Origin: Octopus vulgaris
Lineage: Eukaryota
DNA length: 64,000 nucleotides
Assembly: GCA_951406725.2 (NCBI GenBank)
Contig: OX597817.1
Location: 146,754,001 to 146,818,000 of the forward strand
Reading direction: 5' to 3'
The notes beneath the pieces are model-generated. The model was not told the DNA's origin. It searched no databases and worked only from the letters and a program-made list of their open reading frames with translations. Position numbers and translations under genes: made by a program. How positions within the stretch are numbered: the first letter of the stretch is position 1; the number at the start of each line of letters is the position of its first letter. This document shows, in pieces, positions 1 to 12,090 of this stretch.

Positions 1-53
1 GAGTCTACTGCTGTAACCACTGGGCTATTGCGTCCCCCCCACATATACATATA

Positions 54-284
54 TAGTAAAGATTGTTTGCCAACGTAACATGGCAGTCCTGGTTTAGGAC
101 TAATGTTTCTGTAATTAGCCCCAGAAGACATCTAGCATCCTCACTCAGATTCCTTTGTTCGAAAATGTAAGGACACAGATCGTGTCGTATAGCCAGCTGG
201 AAACGATGTCTCCTTGGGCTAAATTACAGCAACATTCCTCCTAAATCAGGACTGCCATGTTATGTTGGCAAAAAATCTTTACTA
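54..284. mobile_element. Palindromic (fold-back) element with ~75-bp imperfect terminal inverted repeats
   Basis: TAGTAAAGATTGTTTGCCAACGTAACATGGCAGTCCTG... mirrors ...CAGGACTGCCATGTTATGTTGGCAAAAAATCTTTACTA; TA at both ends; body homologous to 5210-5330. Confidence 0.7.
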
Positions 285-350
285 CAAAATACTGTTGCTG
301 AATATCTCACGTTGTGAGACTTAAAAATAGTAATTTTCTTATATATACAT

Positions 351-722
351 ACTTACTCTTTTACTCTTTTACTTGTTTCAGTCATTTGACTGCGGCCATG
401 CTGGAGCACCGCCTTTAGTCGAGCAAATCGATCCCAGGACTTATTCTTTGTAAGCCTAGTACTTATTCTATCGGCCTCTTTTGCCGAACTGCTAAGTTAC
501 ACCAGCATCGGTTGTCAAGCGATGTTGAGGGTGGGGACAAACACAGACACACATACATACATATATACGACGGGTTTCTTTCAGTTTCTGCCTACCAAAT
601 CCACTCACAAGGCTTTGGTCAGTCCGAAGTTATAGTAGAAGACACTTGCCCAAGGTTCCACGCAGTGGGACTGAACCCGAAACAATTGTGGTACGTAAGC
701 AAGCTACTTACCACACAGCCAC
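351..722 (-). mobile_element. tRNA-derived SINE family A (CORE-SINE-like) with internal microsatellite
   Basis: Reverse complement of GGCTGTGTGGTAAGTAGCTTGC...GGTTCAGTCCC (A/B boxes), CCTTGGGCAAGTGTCTT core, tail ...ATGACTGAAACAAGTAAAAGAGT; many copies in window. Confidence 0.85.
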
Positions 723-932
723 CTTTTACCTGTGCTAGTTATTAGACCTCGGATATGCTGGGATGCTGCCTATATACTTCTTTCTTCGTATTTTTAATCA
801 ATATAATTATCATCCCTTCTGTTATCAGATTATAGCAAAATGGCTGCTCGCTTCATCCGTCTCTAAGCGCTTTACATGAACCGGCTGCTCTATAAAGAGA
901 CAACTTGCTCTAAATTTCTCCTTTATTTTCTC

Positions 933-963
933 CTGACGAACTTGAACTTCAGTGAAACATTTC
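933..963 (+). ncRNA. Degenerate hammerhead-like core in PLE-like fragment (~780-1175)
   Basis: CTGACGA-ACTTGAACTTCAGT-GAAAC with ACT/AGT stem II; no convincing stem I. Confidence 0.35.
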
Positions 964-1689
964 TCCTCATATTGAGTGATTTAAATGATATTTATCATGA
1001 GAAATTTTCAAGCAGTAAAAATTGTGTTGTTTCTCCAGAATTCTTGAATGTATCATGTATAACCGTACACATACTTCAATAGCTCTATTGTCTACGGTAT
1101 ATCTACGATGTTTACGACAATATCGAGCACTCTCTATGAAACATTTATACATTAACTAGCTGTAACATTGATTATATTATGAAACAGAATCACAACTCTC
1201 TCTCTCACACACACATGCTATACATGCACATATATATATACATAAACACACATATCTATATAAACATACATAAGAGTGTGTGTCTATATATATTTATTTA
1301 TACATATACATGTGTGTGTGTGTGTGTGTGTGTGTTTGTGTATACATATGCATATGGATGGCAACCTTAAAAATAAAATTATCGGTTATTTTTTTCGATT
1401 AAATATAACTTTATTACACATTATCTCTGATTGAAAGGAAAGAAAAAAAAATACTTATTCCTCGAAGGAATATTGTAAACACGTTCTCAATATATTGCAA
1501 AGCAATAGAATATATTAAGACGCACAATCAAACACATGAAAATACAAACACAAAAACTTCCTGAAAAAACACGGAAAGAAAAACAGGAAAAAAATTGTAT
1601 AAAAAAATCCAACTTAAACAAACAACGTATATACACAATCGCACACACAAGTATATATACACATACAAAACTTCAACGCATTATATATA

Positions 1690-1831
1690 TATGCTTATGT
1701 GTATGTATGTATATATGTTTATGTGTATGTATGTATGTATGTATATATGTATGTATGTATGGATGTGTGTATGTGTGTGTGTGTTCTACCCAGAAAGACA
1801 CACACATTTGTGTCATGAAATAGCTGCATTT

Positions 1832-1911
<80 letters not shown>

Positions 1912-2697
1912 CATATATGTATTATAAATATATATATATTTATATATAATTATATATATATACATATATGTATTATAAATATATATATATATATACACAC
2001 ATATATTTACATTTATATATACATATATATATATGTATATATATATACACACACACATATATATGTATATATATATGTATGCATATGCATACACATACAT
2101 ATATATGTATGTACGCGTGTGCGTGTGCGTGTGTGTGTGTACGTGTGTGTACGTGTGTGTAAACGCACACATACGTAGACACGAATTCGCACATACAAAC
2201 GTACTTGCAAATCAAAAAAAGAAAGAAAAAAAAACAATCCATGTAAAATAGGAAAATGCAGCAGGAACAGAAACACACATTGTCGCATACACAAATGCAC
2301 ACACATGCACATACATGCACATTCATGCACACGTTCCCGCCATATTCTCCCCCCCCTCCTCTCCAACTAAACCATCATACAGCAAAGAAACAATAAAAGC
2401 ACAAAAACCAAACAAGGAGCCCTATCACCACTGATGTGTTATCTGAAGAAAAGGAAAGCGCTAAAGAACTCCAGAAGGAAGATTAAAAATAATTGGTAAA
2501 TAAGAACCGAAGAATGAAAGTGAGATCTCTCTCTCTCACCCACTCTTTGATTCTATCTCACTCTCTCTCTCTATCTCTCTATCTCTCTATCTCTCTATCT
2601 CTTTCTGTGTCTCTCGTTCTCTTTCACTCACTTTCTCTCGCCCCAACACTCTTCCCTTTTCTTTTGTTCGTTTCTTTCTTTTTTTCTTTCTTTTTTT

Positions 2698-2749
<52 letters not shown>

Positions 2750-2792
2750 TGTCTGTCTGTCTGTCTGAACGTACGTACGTATTCATACATAC

Positions 2793-2823
<31 letters not shown>

Positions 2824-2920
2824 CATACATACATACATACATACATACATGCATGCATGCATGCATGCATACATACATATATACATATACATATACAACT
2901 ATATATATATATACATATAC

Positions 2921-2971
<51 letters not shown>

Positions 2972-3014
2972 CAACTATATATATATATACGTATACATAT
3001 ATACATTATAAATA

Positions 3015-3070
<56 letters not shown>

Positions 3071-3118
3071 TACTTATACATATATGTGCACTCACATATA
3101 TATACATATATATGTATG

Positions 3119-3192
<74 letters not shown>
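1690..3192. repeat. Compound microsatellite field (TA)n, (TATG)n, (TC)n, (TTTC)n, (TACA)n
   Basis: Directly visible simple repeats with short unique spacers. Confidence 0.95.
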
Positions 3193-3196
<4 letters not shown>

Positions 3197-3833
3197 GCAG
3201 GCGCAGGCGTAGCTGTATGGCTAAGAAGTTTGTTTCCTCACCATGTGGTCCTGTTTTCAATCCCATTTCGTGGCACCTCGGACTATATCCCCAGCTCGAC
3301 GAAAGACTGGTGTGTGCGTGTTTCTTTGTGCTTGATGTCTGTTGTTGGTTTGACAACATCTTTGTAACTTAGCGGCTCGGCAAAAGGGTCAAATACATAA
3401 AGTATCAGTTTTACAGCAATCTCTCTTTCCTCTCTTCTCTTTCTCTATTTGCGTACACACAGACGTATGGACATATGATTAAGAAGTTTGTACTGTTACC
3501 ACGTGGCTTCGAGTTCAGTTCTACTGCGCGGCACATTGAGTAAGTGTAATCTATTATAGTGAATATGTTAGAAGGAAACTGCGTGGAATCCCTTCGTGTA
3601 TATTAATGACTATGGACGAAAGTCCTGGAACATCAACCTTTTTTCGCTCACCCGATGCTACCCTTGTGCTGTCATGTCTAACATAACAACTCTACATAAC
3701 AACTCTACATAACTCCCACGTTAGCTTTTCATATTTTCAATAGCCGCGGTTTGTTTTGTATCACTCGTTTGCTTTTTCGTTTTCCTGTGATTGTGAGTCC
3801 ATCACTGGATAACACACATTTTCTCTCATCTAT

Positions 3834-4245
3834 TTCTTTACTACCCACAAGGGGCTAAACACAGAGGAAACAAACAAGGACAGATAGACGGGTTAAGTCG
3901 ATTATATCGATCCCAGTGCGTAACTGGTACTTAATATATCGACTCCGAAAGGATGAAAGGCAAAGTCGACCTCGGCAGAATTTGAACTCAGAACGTAACG
4001 ACAGACGAAATACCTATTCCTATTTCTTTACCACCCACAAGGGGCTAAACACAGAGGAGACAAACAAGGACAGACAGACGGATTAAGTCGATTATATCAA
4101 CCCCAGTGCGTAACTGGTACTTAATTTATCGACTCCGAAAGGATGGAAGGCAAAGTCGACCTCGGCGGAATTCGAACTCAGAACGTAACAGTAGACGAAA
4201 TACGGGTATGCATTTCTCCCGGCGTGCTAACGTTTCTGTTAGCTC
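3834..4245 (-). mobile_element. Two tandem copies of tRNA-derived SINE family B
   Basis: Repeated TATTTCTTTAC..CCCACAAGGGGCTAAACACAGAGG...GAAAGGATGAAAGGCAAAGTCGACCTCGGC.GAATT.GAACTCAGAAC, ~187-bp unit. Confidence 0.85.
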
Positions 4246-5344
4246 TCATTTACCACACCAAACACCACAAGCCCTAACACATAATATACTCTGTTTCTCA
4301 TAACTCAAACAACAACCACACCTCTTTCAAATCTCTTCATCATCATTACATCTACATTACACTTACGTATCCCATTTACTGCGATCACTTCCTTATTTAT
4401 TTCTTGTCCCTTCTTTTTAACCTATTCATTTCCTTTTCACTCTCATTACTCCGTCGTAGGACGTTTATCCGAAACGCTATAATTTTCGGTTTCCACGGCA
4501 CTCAAACCTATTTCCAACTAAAAATTCTCTTCGTGGTTTTATTACCATGGTTACCAACACATCTCTCCGATTTCCTAGGATTTCAGACTTTTACCTTTAT
4601 ACAAACATGAAAGCCAGCCGACATAATCACACATTAACGGACGCACACAAACGCATATATACACAGAAATATAGAAACACATATAAATATATATACCAGG
4701 GCGTAAAATTAATCGGAAAATATCTAACCGGTTAATAATAGTCTAGAATTTTCAGAACCGGTTATTAACCGATTAATCGATTTTTCACGATATGGCAACG
4801 GAAAAAATACTTCCCAACATTTATTCTTTATGAAAAATTACTCCATTTTTTTGTAGCATACGACTATTACAATAAATATATAGATAAATAAATAATAAAA
4901 AGCTGGTTTATGATTTGTTTTGTATTTGATATGCAAGCCTTGTAGAAATGTGGTTAACATTTTCAGTATTTAATTTTAAATTCAGTCATAAAGAAAATTT
5001 AATCTTTATTTTAAAAATAATCTTTCAAAAATCATATTTTTACTGTAAAATAGTGAAGACGGAGTTTCTTACAGTGCAAGACGGAAAAAGTTGAATAACG
5101 TTTATATTTCAGGTACAAAGGTCCAGCATCAGAAGTAATGTCAAAAGATGTTAGTCTCTTTAGTACCGTTTATATCTTTGATAATCCATCGATTGAGCAG
5201 TTGTATACTGTCAACTTAACGTGACAGTCCCGTAAAGGGAATCACACCACCGCTATTTAGCCCTAAGAAGCATCAACGTTTCCTGTCGGCCTTGACACAT
5301 TTCCTGTGTCCTTATGTTTACAAAGGGGAGACAAACATCCCCAA

Positions 5345-5419
5345 CAGCTAGGCCTGCATCCAGAGACATGTTTCTGAGTCTTGCTCGTCATCAGTCTGGA
5401 GTAGCATGGCCTGCAGCTG
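5345..5419 (-). ncRNA. Type-I hammerhead ribozyme motif (PLE-associated)
   Basis: Minus strand: TCCAGA-CTGATGA-cGAGcaagaCTCa-GAAA-CATG-TC-TCTGGA; perfect 6-bp stem I extended by GGCC and CAGCT/AGCTG pairings; palindromic mini stem III. Confidence 0.8.
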
Positions 5420-5815
5420 AAGATACCTGTCTAGACTTTGTAAACATATATATATATTTTCAGTGAAGTATATTCACTGTTATCGAGCAACGGCTACCTA
5501 CGCGCCGCCATCCCTGCTATGACCTCTGCAACCTCTGCCGGCGCTGTTTGGGGAATGAATGCCGTGGAATTGATGTCTGCACAACGATCCCCGAGACTAG
5601 TATTGTATAGACTAATATTTCTTGACTGTTTACTTCTGATCATGGGCATTTGCGCCTGAAATATATAAAGATGTTGTTGCAAGGCACAAATAAAGATTGC
5701 TCTTACCTCTCCCTTCCGGTCACCCATTCTACCTCCACAAAAGATAATAATTTTTCCTTTTCCGCATTGTAAAAGGCTCTCTGTCATCACTATCTTACTA
5801 TTTTTATTGTTCACA

Positions 5816-6015
5816 AGGCGGTGAGCTGGTAGAATCGTTAGCACGCCGGGTAAAATGCTTAGCGGCAGTTCTGAGTTCAAATTCCACCGAGGTCGACTTT
5901 GCCTTTTATCCTTTCGGGGTCGATGAAATAAGTACTAATAGGACACTGGGATAGGTGCAATCGACTAGCCGCGTCCCCCCAAAATTTCAGGCCTTGTACC
6001 TAAATAGAAAAGATT
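5816..6015 (+). mobile_element. SINE family B, full length (tail type 2)
   Basis: GGCGGTGAGCTGGTAGAATCGTTAGC...GAGTTCAAATTCC...CCTTTCGGGGTCGAT...AAAATTTCAGGCCTTGT. Confidence 0.85.
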
Positions 6016-6627
6016 GCTTTACTTCTTTAGACAGTACTTCAAGATCATCACAGCGCTTCTTGCATTTGTTAACCGTTTCTGCAGATAGACCTGATAGTTC
6101 GGTTTATGAATAAACCAGTGATCAAGAAATTTCTGTCCGCCTCAACACAAGTGGCTTTTACTGTAAATATAGATTTGTGTAGTCTTTGGATATTTCCACT
6201 TGTAATTATTACAAGTTCAAAGTAATTAAACTTCATCGGTGATGTTGGTATTTTTCAGCACTTGGTTTAAGTTTGGATTTTCGTTTTCACGTGATACTCA
6301 CGTATTGTAGCTGTATATATAAAAGGCAGGATGTGTGTGTGTGTGTGTGTGTGTGTACGTGAATGTAATTTATGCACGTCCACAAATTAGCACGCATGTC
6401 ATGATCTTAGCTGTATTTTCGTCAACTTATTTTTTACCAGAGGCACCAGCGAATAGCAGTAAAAATAAATTTTCAGCCAAAACTTTTAACAATTTCGAAG
6501 TCGAAGAAATCACCATTGTTTGCAAACAGGAGTTAAGTCCCCTTCTAGCTACGAGTAAGTTTTTGTTAAGATTTTTGTTGGTCTTTTTTTTCCATCGAGG
6601 AAAAAAGATTTTTGTTGATATACGGAC

Positions 6628-6665
<38 letters not shown>

Positions 6666-6767
6666 CACACGAACATGTATGCGTAAAAAAAGCATGTATG
6701 CAACAGGTGTACGTACGTGTGTGTATGTGTGTGTGTGTGTGTTGCCCACACACACACACACACACAC

Positions 6768-6831
<64 letters not shown>

Positions 6832-6842
6832 TTTTATCTTTT

Positions 6843-7120
6843 ATCTTTTACTTGTTTCAGTCATTTGACTGCGGCCATGCTGGAGCACCGCCTTTAGTCG
6901 AGCAAATCGACCCCGGGACTTATTCTTTGTAAGCCCAGTACTTATTCTATCGGTCTCTTTTGCCGAACCGCTAAGTGACGGGGACGAAAACACACCAGCA
7001 TCGGTTGTCAAGCAATGCTAGGGGGACAAACACACACACATATATATAAATATATTATATATACGTATATACGACAGACTTCTTTCAGTTTCCGTCTACC
7101 AAATTCACTCACAAGGCATT

Positions 7121-7125
<5 letters not shown>
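6843..7125 (-). mobile_element. SINE family A (5'-truncated)
   Basis: Near-identical to 365-615. Confidence 0.85.
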
Positions 7126-7154
<29 letters not shown>

Positions 7155-7158
<4 letters not shown>

Positions 7159-7274
7159 AATTTCAACGGATTTCGCCCAAATTTAACGTCGATGTTACTT
7201 TGGTTTGAAATAAAGAACTTGATTAGCTTAATAATCCTAACTTTATCGCGGGCAAAGCCGGGTTATACTGCTAG
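7155..7274 (+). mobile_element. Helitron 3' end fragment
   Basis: GC-rich hairpin-like GCGGGCAAAGCCGGG followed by TACTGCTAG|T. Confidence 0.5.
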
Positions 7275-7444
7275 TCATAAATAAGGCTTCTTCATATTTT
7301 TGGGTTTGATCAAACTGGAACGGTTTGCTGTCCTCAGCTATAATTTCTTCATCAACGGATTCCTGAAGATCTTTATAAAATCTTTCAAGCGTTTCTCTCC
7401 ATATAGATGTTACTCTAACAGCTTCATTTTGTCTTTATGAAGAA

Positions 7445-7835
7445 CTAGCAGTATCGCCCGGCGTTGCTCGGGTTTGTAAGGGAAATAACTACAAAGCATT
7501 TTTAGAGAGTTATAGCCAAAAAATAGCAAAAAAATGCATTAAAAATGGAAAAAAATATGATGGTAAATTTTTTTTTTAAATCGTTGAATCATCGTAGACA
7601 TTTTTAGAGAGTTACTTCCCTTTAAAAAAATATGCATTAAAATGGAAAAAATGATGGTAAATTATTTTTAAAATCGTAGACTCATCGTAGACGCACGCTA
7701 ATACACAGAAGGGCTCGATATGAATCACGACTATAAGGTACCTGGTTTTGGTTACACTGCACCGCAAAATGTGGGAGTAGTTAGGAATCTAAATCGGAGT
7801 AGACAGACACACAACCTTACTTTTATATATAAAGA
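7445..7835 (-). mobile_element. Non-autonomous Helitron
   Basis: Minus strand A|TCTTTATATATAAA ... CCCGAGCAACGCCGGG hairpin-CGATACTGCTAG|T; TC...CTAG termini in an AT target. Confidence 0.8.
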
Positions 7836-8303
7836 TATTCTTCCAAAAAGACGCCATATAAATAAACGGCAAAACTATATTACTTCTAAATTTTCACGAT
7901 AAACCTAAATTGAGGATTTAACAGTGAGTTAATTTGCTTCCACAAATCATAGATTTTTAAGAAATATTTCAACGAGGAGAGTAGAATCCATAAGATTTTT
8001 CCAGAGTATTCCATTCAGCACCTGATATTGTTACTATGGAATCAATCCCCTAAAAAGCTTTATGTATCACTTATCCCCAACCTCAGTTTCTAGACATGAG
8101 TAGTCCCGAGACCAAGGCCTCTGCCACGATCTTTAAGAAATGTAGTGGAAAACTTAGCTCAGGAAGGCATGTACGCTATTCCCTAAGATCCCTTTCTGAG
8201 GCCTCTACCTACCTACCTATCTACCTACCTACCTACCTACCTACCTACCTACCTACCTACCTACCTACCTACCTACTTACCTACATACCTACTACATACC
8301 TTA

Positions 8304-8375
<72 letters not shown>

Positions 8376-8380
8376 CATAT

Positions 8381-9715
8381 GATATAAATAAGTAACAAAG
8401 ATGTACAGGTGACAATTCATTACGTCCATTTCAAGCGGCTCTTTTAATTGATGGAAACATTATATTGTTTGAAAGAAACCGTTCTCGTCAGATGACCGCA
8501 TGGACTTCAAACGTAAAGGATATAATGACTTTTAACATAGTAACATCAATAATGGAACTCAAAATATTTACATTGTTTCTTTTGGCATATCTGTGGCAGA
8601 ATGATGCTGAGAGTAGTAGAGGAAATAGGATAAAAAGAGTGGTGACCTAGTTACTTATATTTAGAAGACTTTATGTAGAATATAGTCTTCAACCATTTAG
8701 AATTAGATCCATTGGGAGTCGTCAACTGTTTTCTAGTTAATGGTGATAAATCAATTAATGTCGACAATCTATTAGACTCATATCTCTAGTTTTATCTACA
8801 CAAAAGGGTAGGGTTTAGGATTAGTAGTAAGGGAATGTCTAATGGAAAAGGAGTGATAAATGGAAGAAAGATGGATAGGGGTGGCCATACTTATTTAGAT
8901 TATCAAATTAAAGGGGAATATAATGAAAAACCAAAAGATATAAGTAATATAGACTTAAGGGATGGAAATTAGAATTGAAGGATACGGGAGGGAGTAATTT
9001 ATAACTTAGCAAATTTGTAATATCAAATCGAAAAAATTTAAATCAATATGTAGAATAAAGATAGAAATTAAATTTAAAAACAAATAATAAGACACTTTAA
9101 TATGTAAGAAAAACTATTAAGACTTTTTCTAAACAGTATATAGAAGATCATGATAAAAACATTCTATAATGAATGTATAACGGAATTAAATTATCATATG
9201 AATAGAAAAACACAGTATATTTTAAACTAATATAAGAACCATTCTCTTCATTATCGTAAAAGCTGGTATCCAGTATGTGGGGTAATTGAATTAGAGGTAT
9301 ATTAAATGTATAAGGGAGTTTATATCGGATACAATACTTAGACGAATTTGGGCAGGTAAACACTTAATGAATATATTGGATGATTAAAAAATATACTAAA
9401 ATAAGGCCGTAATGAATTGACACCTGTACATCTTTGTTACTCATATATATTCTATTCACTTAACTTGGAATTTGCATTTCGGTAATACTATAGAAAGTAA
9501 CTTTATAAAAAGTACATGTCTGGATTACGAAGAGCGAATATCTTCACTTTGCAGGGTTGTGTAGTGTGCACACACGGCAGGAATATCAGGTACAAACACC
9601 CCTGCACGGAGTCTTGATATCCAGTACTCAATTAATATTGTTTGGGTGTGCGGATTATATCGACCTAGAAAGGTGCCTTAATTTAAGTACCTAATTCAAC
9701 GGAACCTTAATTATA
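8381..9715 (-). mobile_element. Penelope-like fragment with inverted terminal segment, between microsatellites
   Basis: 8391-8427 is the inverted copy of 9405-9441; HHR at 8417-8495; flanked by (TA)n and (TACA)n. Confidence 0.6.
8417..8495 (-). ncRNA. Type-I hammerhead ribozyme motif with long stem II
   Basis: Minus strand: TCAT-CTGACGA-GAACGGTTTCTTT...AAAGAGCCGCTT-GAAAT-GGAC-GTA-ATGA. Confidence 0.7.
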
Positions 9716-9806
9716 CATGCATACATACATACATACCTACCTACATACATACATACATACATACATACATACATACGTACGTACGTACATACATATATAT
9801 ATATAT

Positions 9807-9848
<42 letters not shown>

Positions 9849-9859
9849 TGTGTGTGTGT

Positions 9860-10037
9860 GTGTGTGTTAGCCACTATACACATTTTTCTCTCCTTGTTTT
9901 TTTCTGTGTCCTTTTCTGTAGAAGAGCGTAGGCTCGAAACGTAAAAGACTTTTTCTATTACCTGAGCGTTATACTAATACATCTGTTTGTTTTCTACACC
10001 ACCTGTCTTCGTCTTTTGTTTTTTTTTCGTAAACTCT

Positions 10038-10040
<3 letters not shown>
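9860..10040 (+). mobile_element. Short PLE-like HHR-bearing element (family H) ending in (TA)n
   Basis: CTTTT-CTGTAGA-AGAGCGTAGGCTC-GAAAC-GTA-AAAG at 9911-9947; near-identical copy at 46575-46760. Confidence 0.7.
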
Positions 10041-10118
<78 letters not shown>

Positions 10119-10469
10119 ACGAGGCGTGTGTATCATTGTGTATGTGTTTTTCCCACCACCGCTTGACGGCGGTGTTGGTTTGTTTACGACCTCGTAATCT
10201 AGCGGCTGGGCAAAAGAGACCAATAGAGTAAGTAACTGGCTTTCAAAAATGTCTTCGCATAGATATGTTCGACTAAACCCTTTAAGGCGGTGCCCCAGTA
10301 TGGCCGCTGTCAAATGACTGGAACAAGTAAAAGACAGAAGATAAAAGGTAATAAAATTCCTTGAAGAACTCAGATTATTTGGAGATTTGCAAAAGATTTT
10401 GGATATTTTTCTAAATTTCTCAACCAGTGTTTCGCAGTGAATAGGCAGGCGCTGGCATTGCTGTTTGAT

Positions 10470-10760
10470 TTAGAAGCTCGCCTTGCAACCACGAGGTTTC
10501 GGGTTCAGTCCCACTGTGCAGCATCTTGGGCGAGTATCTTCTACAATAGCGTCCGCATTGACTAATGAATTTAGTCGAGAGGAAACTGTGTGGAAGCCTG
10601 CCGTATATGTGTGAGCCTGTGTGAGAGTGTGTCTGTCTTTGTGCTTGTATTTGTCACCCACCATCGCTTGACAGCCAGTATTGGTTTATTTACGTCTCCG
10701 TAACCCTTCAAGATGGTGCCCCAGCATGACCGCAGTTCATTAACAGGAGAAAGTAAAAGA
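10470..10760 (+). mobile_element. SINE family A (diverged); a 3' half also at 10120-10345
   Basis: GGGTTCAGTCCCACTG...CTTGGGCGAGTATCTTCTAC and family A tail. Confidence 0.7.
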
Positions 10761-11832
10761 TAGAACAGTGTTTTGTGGTTTTCTTGAGGCTCCGGTGAGG
10801 ACTCATCTTCATTGTTATCCCAGAAAATGAAATAATTGCCATGACAAAATCAAGGCCTTCCCATTTATGAACCAAGTCCGTCCTCAATCTCTTCATTAGA
10901 TCGTTTAACCATAACTCCACTCATTTTGGCATACAGCACATCACATGCAGCAGCTAATTATATACTGTGAGTTATACATTTCTGATAGAAAAGTTTAATT
11001 TCTTTCTCGAATTTTACCTCTAATTAGTTCTATTTATTGTGCAACCGACTCTATTCTGATTTAAATCGAGCTAAACTCTTCTCATAGAAACTACTTCAGC
11101 TGTCTGAATCTTATTAAATGATCCGTACAATTTAATATGACCCAGGGACCTGTGAGCATTAATATTTAATATATCAACTATTTTGCAATGATGTTATTCA
11201 CCCAATGTTAAAGAAAATCCACAATCTACTTCTAATTTATGATGGTTCTTAAAATAAGAACACAAATTAATTTTCTTTTCAGCAACATAATAAAGTATCG
11301 TATTCCTTATATTCATGACATTGGCAGGAGGAATATTTCATAATTTCTTGAATTTCGAAGCATCATGTCTAGCGATCCATTTCGTATTCTGAACAAAGCC
11401 GTGATTTTAACATCCGATTCTCTGAGAAGTTTCTCTGACCCAAAATATTACAGCTAGTTGTGCAGTTCACGTCTGTATACACATTATAAATGAATATACA
11501 CACCGATATTCTAATCTAAGGATGTTTAAAATGCTTTTATTGATTTAATTCCAGCCTGGTTAGCTTTCGTACAAAACAGTAAATGTTTTGTTTATCGATT
11601 TCTATATCAGAACAAATATTTTCGGCTTGGATCAGAACGCCCGGTGTATTGGTCGCTGAGAAGACCAAAATCAGCTTAAAACATCATTTGTAGGGATTCA
11701 CTGGAAATCTGAGAGAAGTTACGTGTTTTGTAGCCCTCAAGTCTTTTTGAGACGCTTCTATGCGAAAAAATATTGCAGATGGTCCCGTTCCATGTTTGTA
11801 TACACATTATAAATACGTATACAGATCGGTGT

Positions 11833-12090
11833 GAGGGTGCATGTCCTAGTAGTCACGGTGATGTACTCACGATCGCAAGATTGTGGTTTTAATTCTTGGA
11901 CCGGGTGGGGCGTTGTGTTCTTGAGCAAAGCTCTTCGCCTCACGTTGCTCTGCGACCACTTCGACGCCTGACGCGTGGTACACTGCGCTTCTGTTCAGAC
12001 AATGTCCATTTGATGGAGAGAGTAAGCTAGTGTATAACACAAACACTGGGTCGCTCAGCAAGAAATTGCAGAATCGTCTTTGTCAGACTA
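11833..12090 (+). mobile_element. tRNA-derived SINE family D variant
   Basis: GAGGGTGCATG..CTAGTAG...CACGATCG...GTTGTGTTCTTGAGCAAAG, homologous to 41515-41630. Confidence 0.65.

Noticed and set aside
3606-3640. GGAC-GAAA-GTCC hairpin resembling HHR stem II (similar case at ~4450-4480)
   Set aside because: CUGANGA core not intact and no stem I; too degenerate to call.
5494-5880. 128-aa ORF
   Set aside because: Starts inside a SINE B copy and has no identifiable motif.
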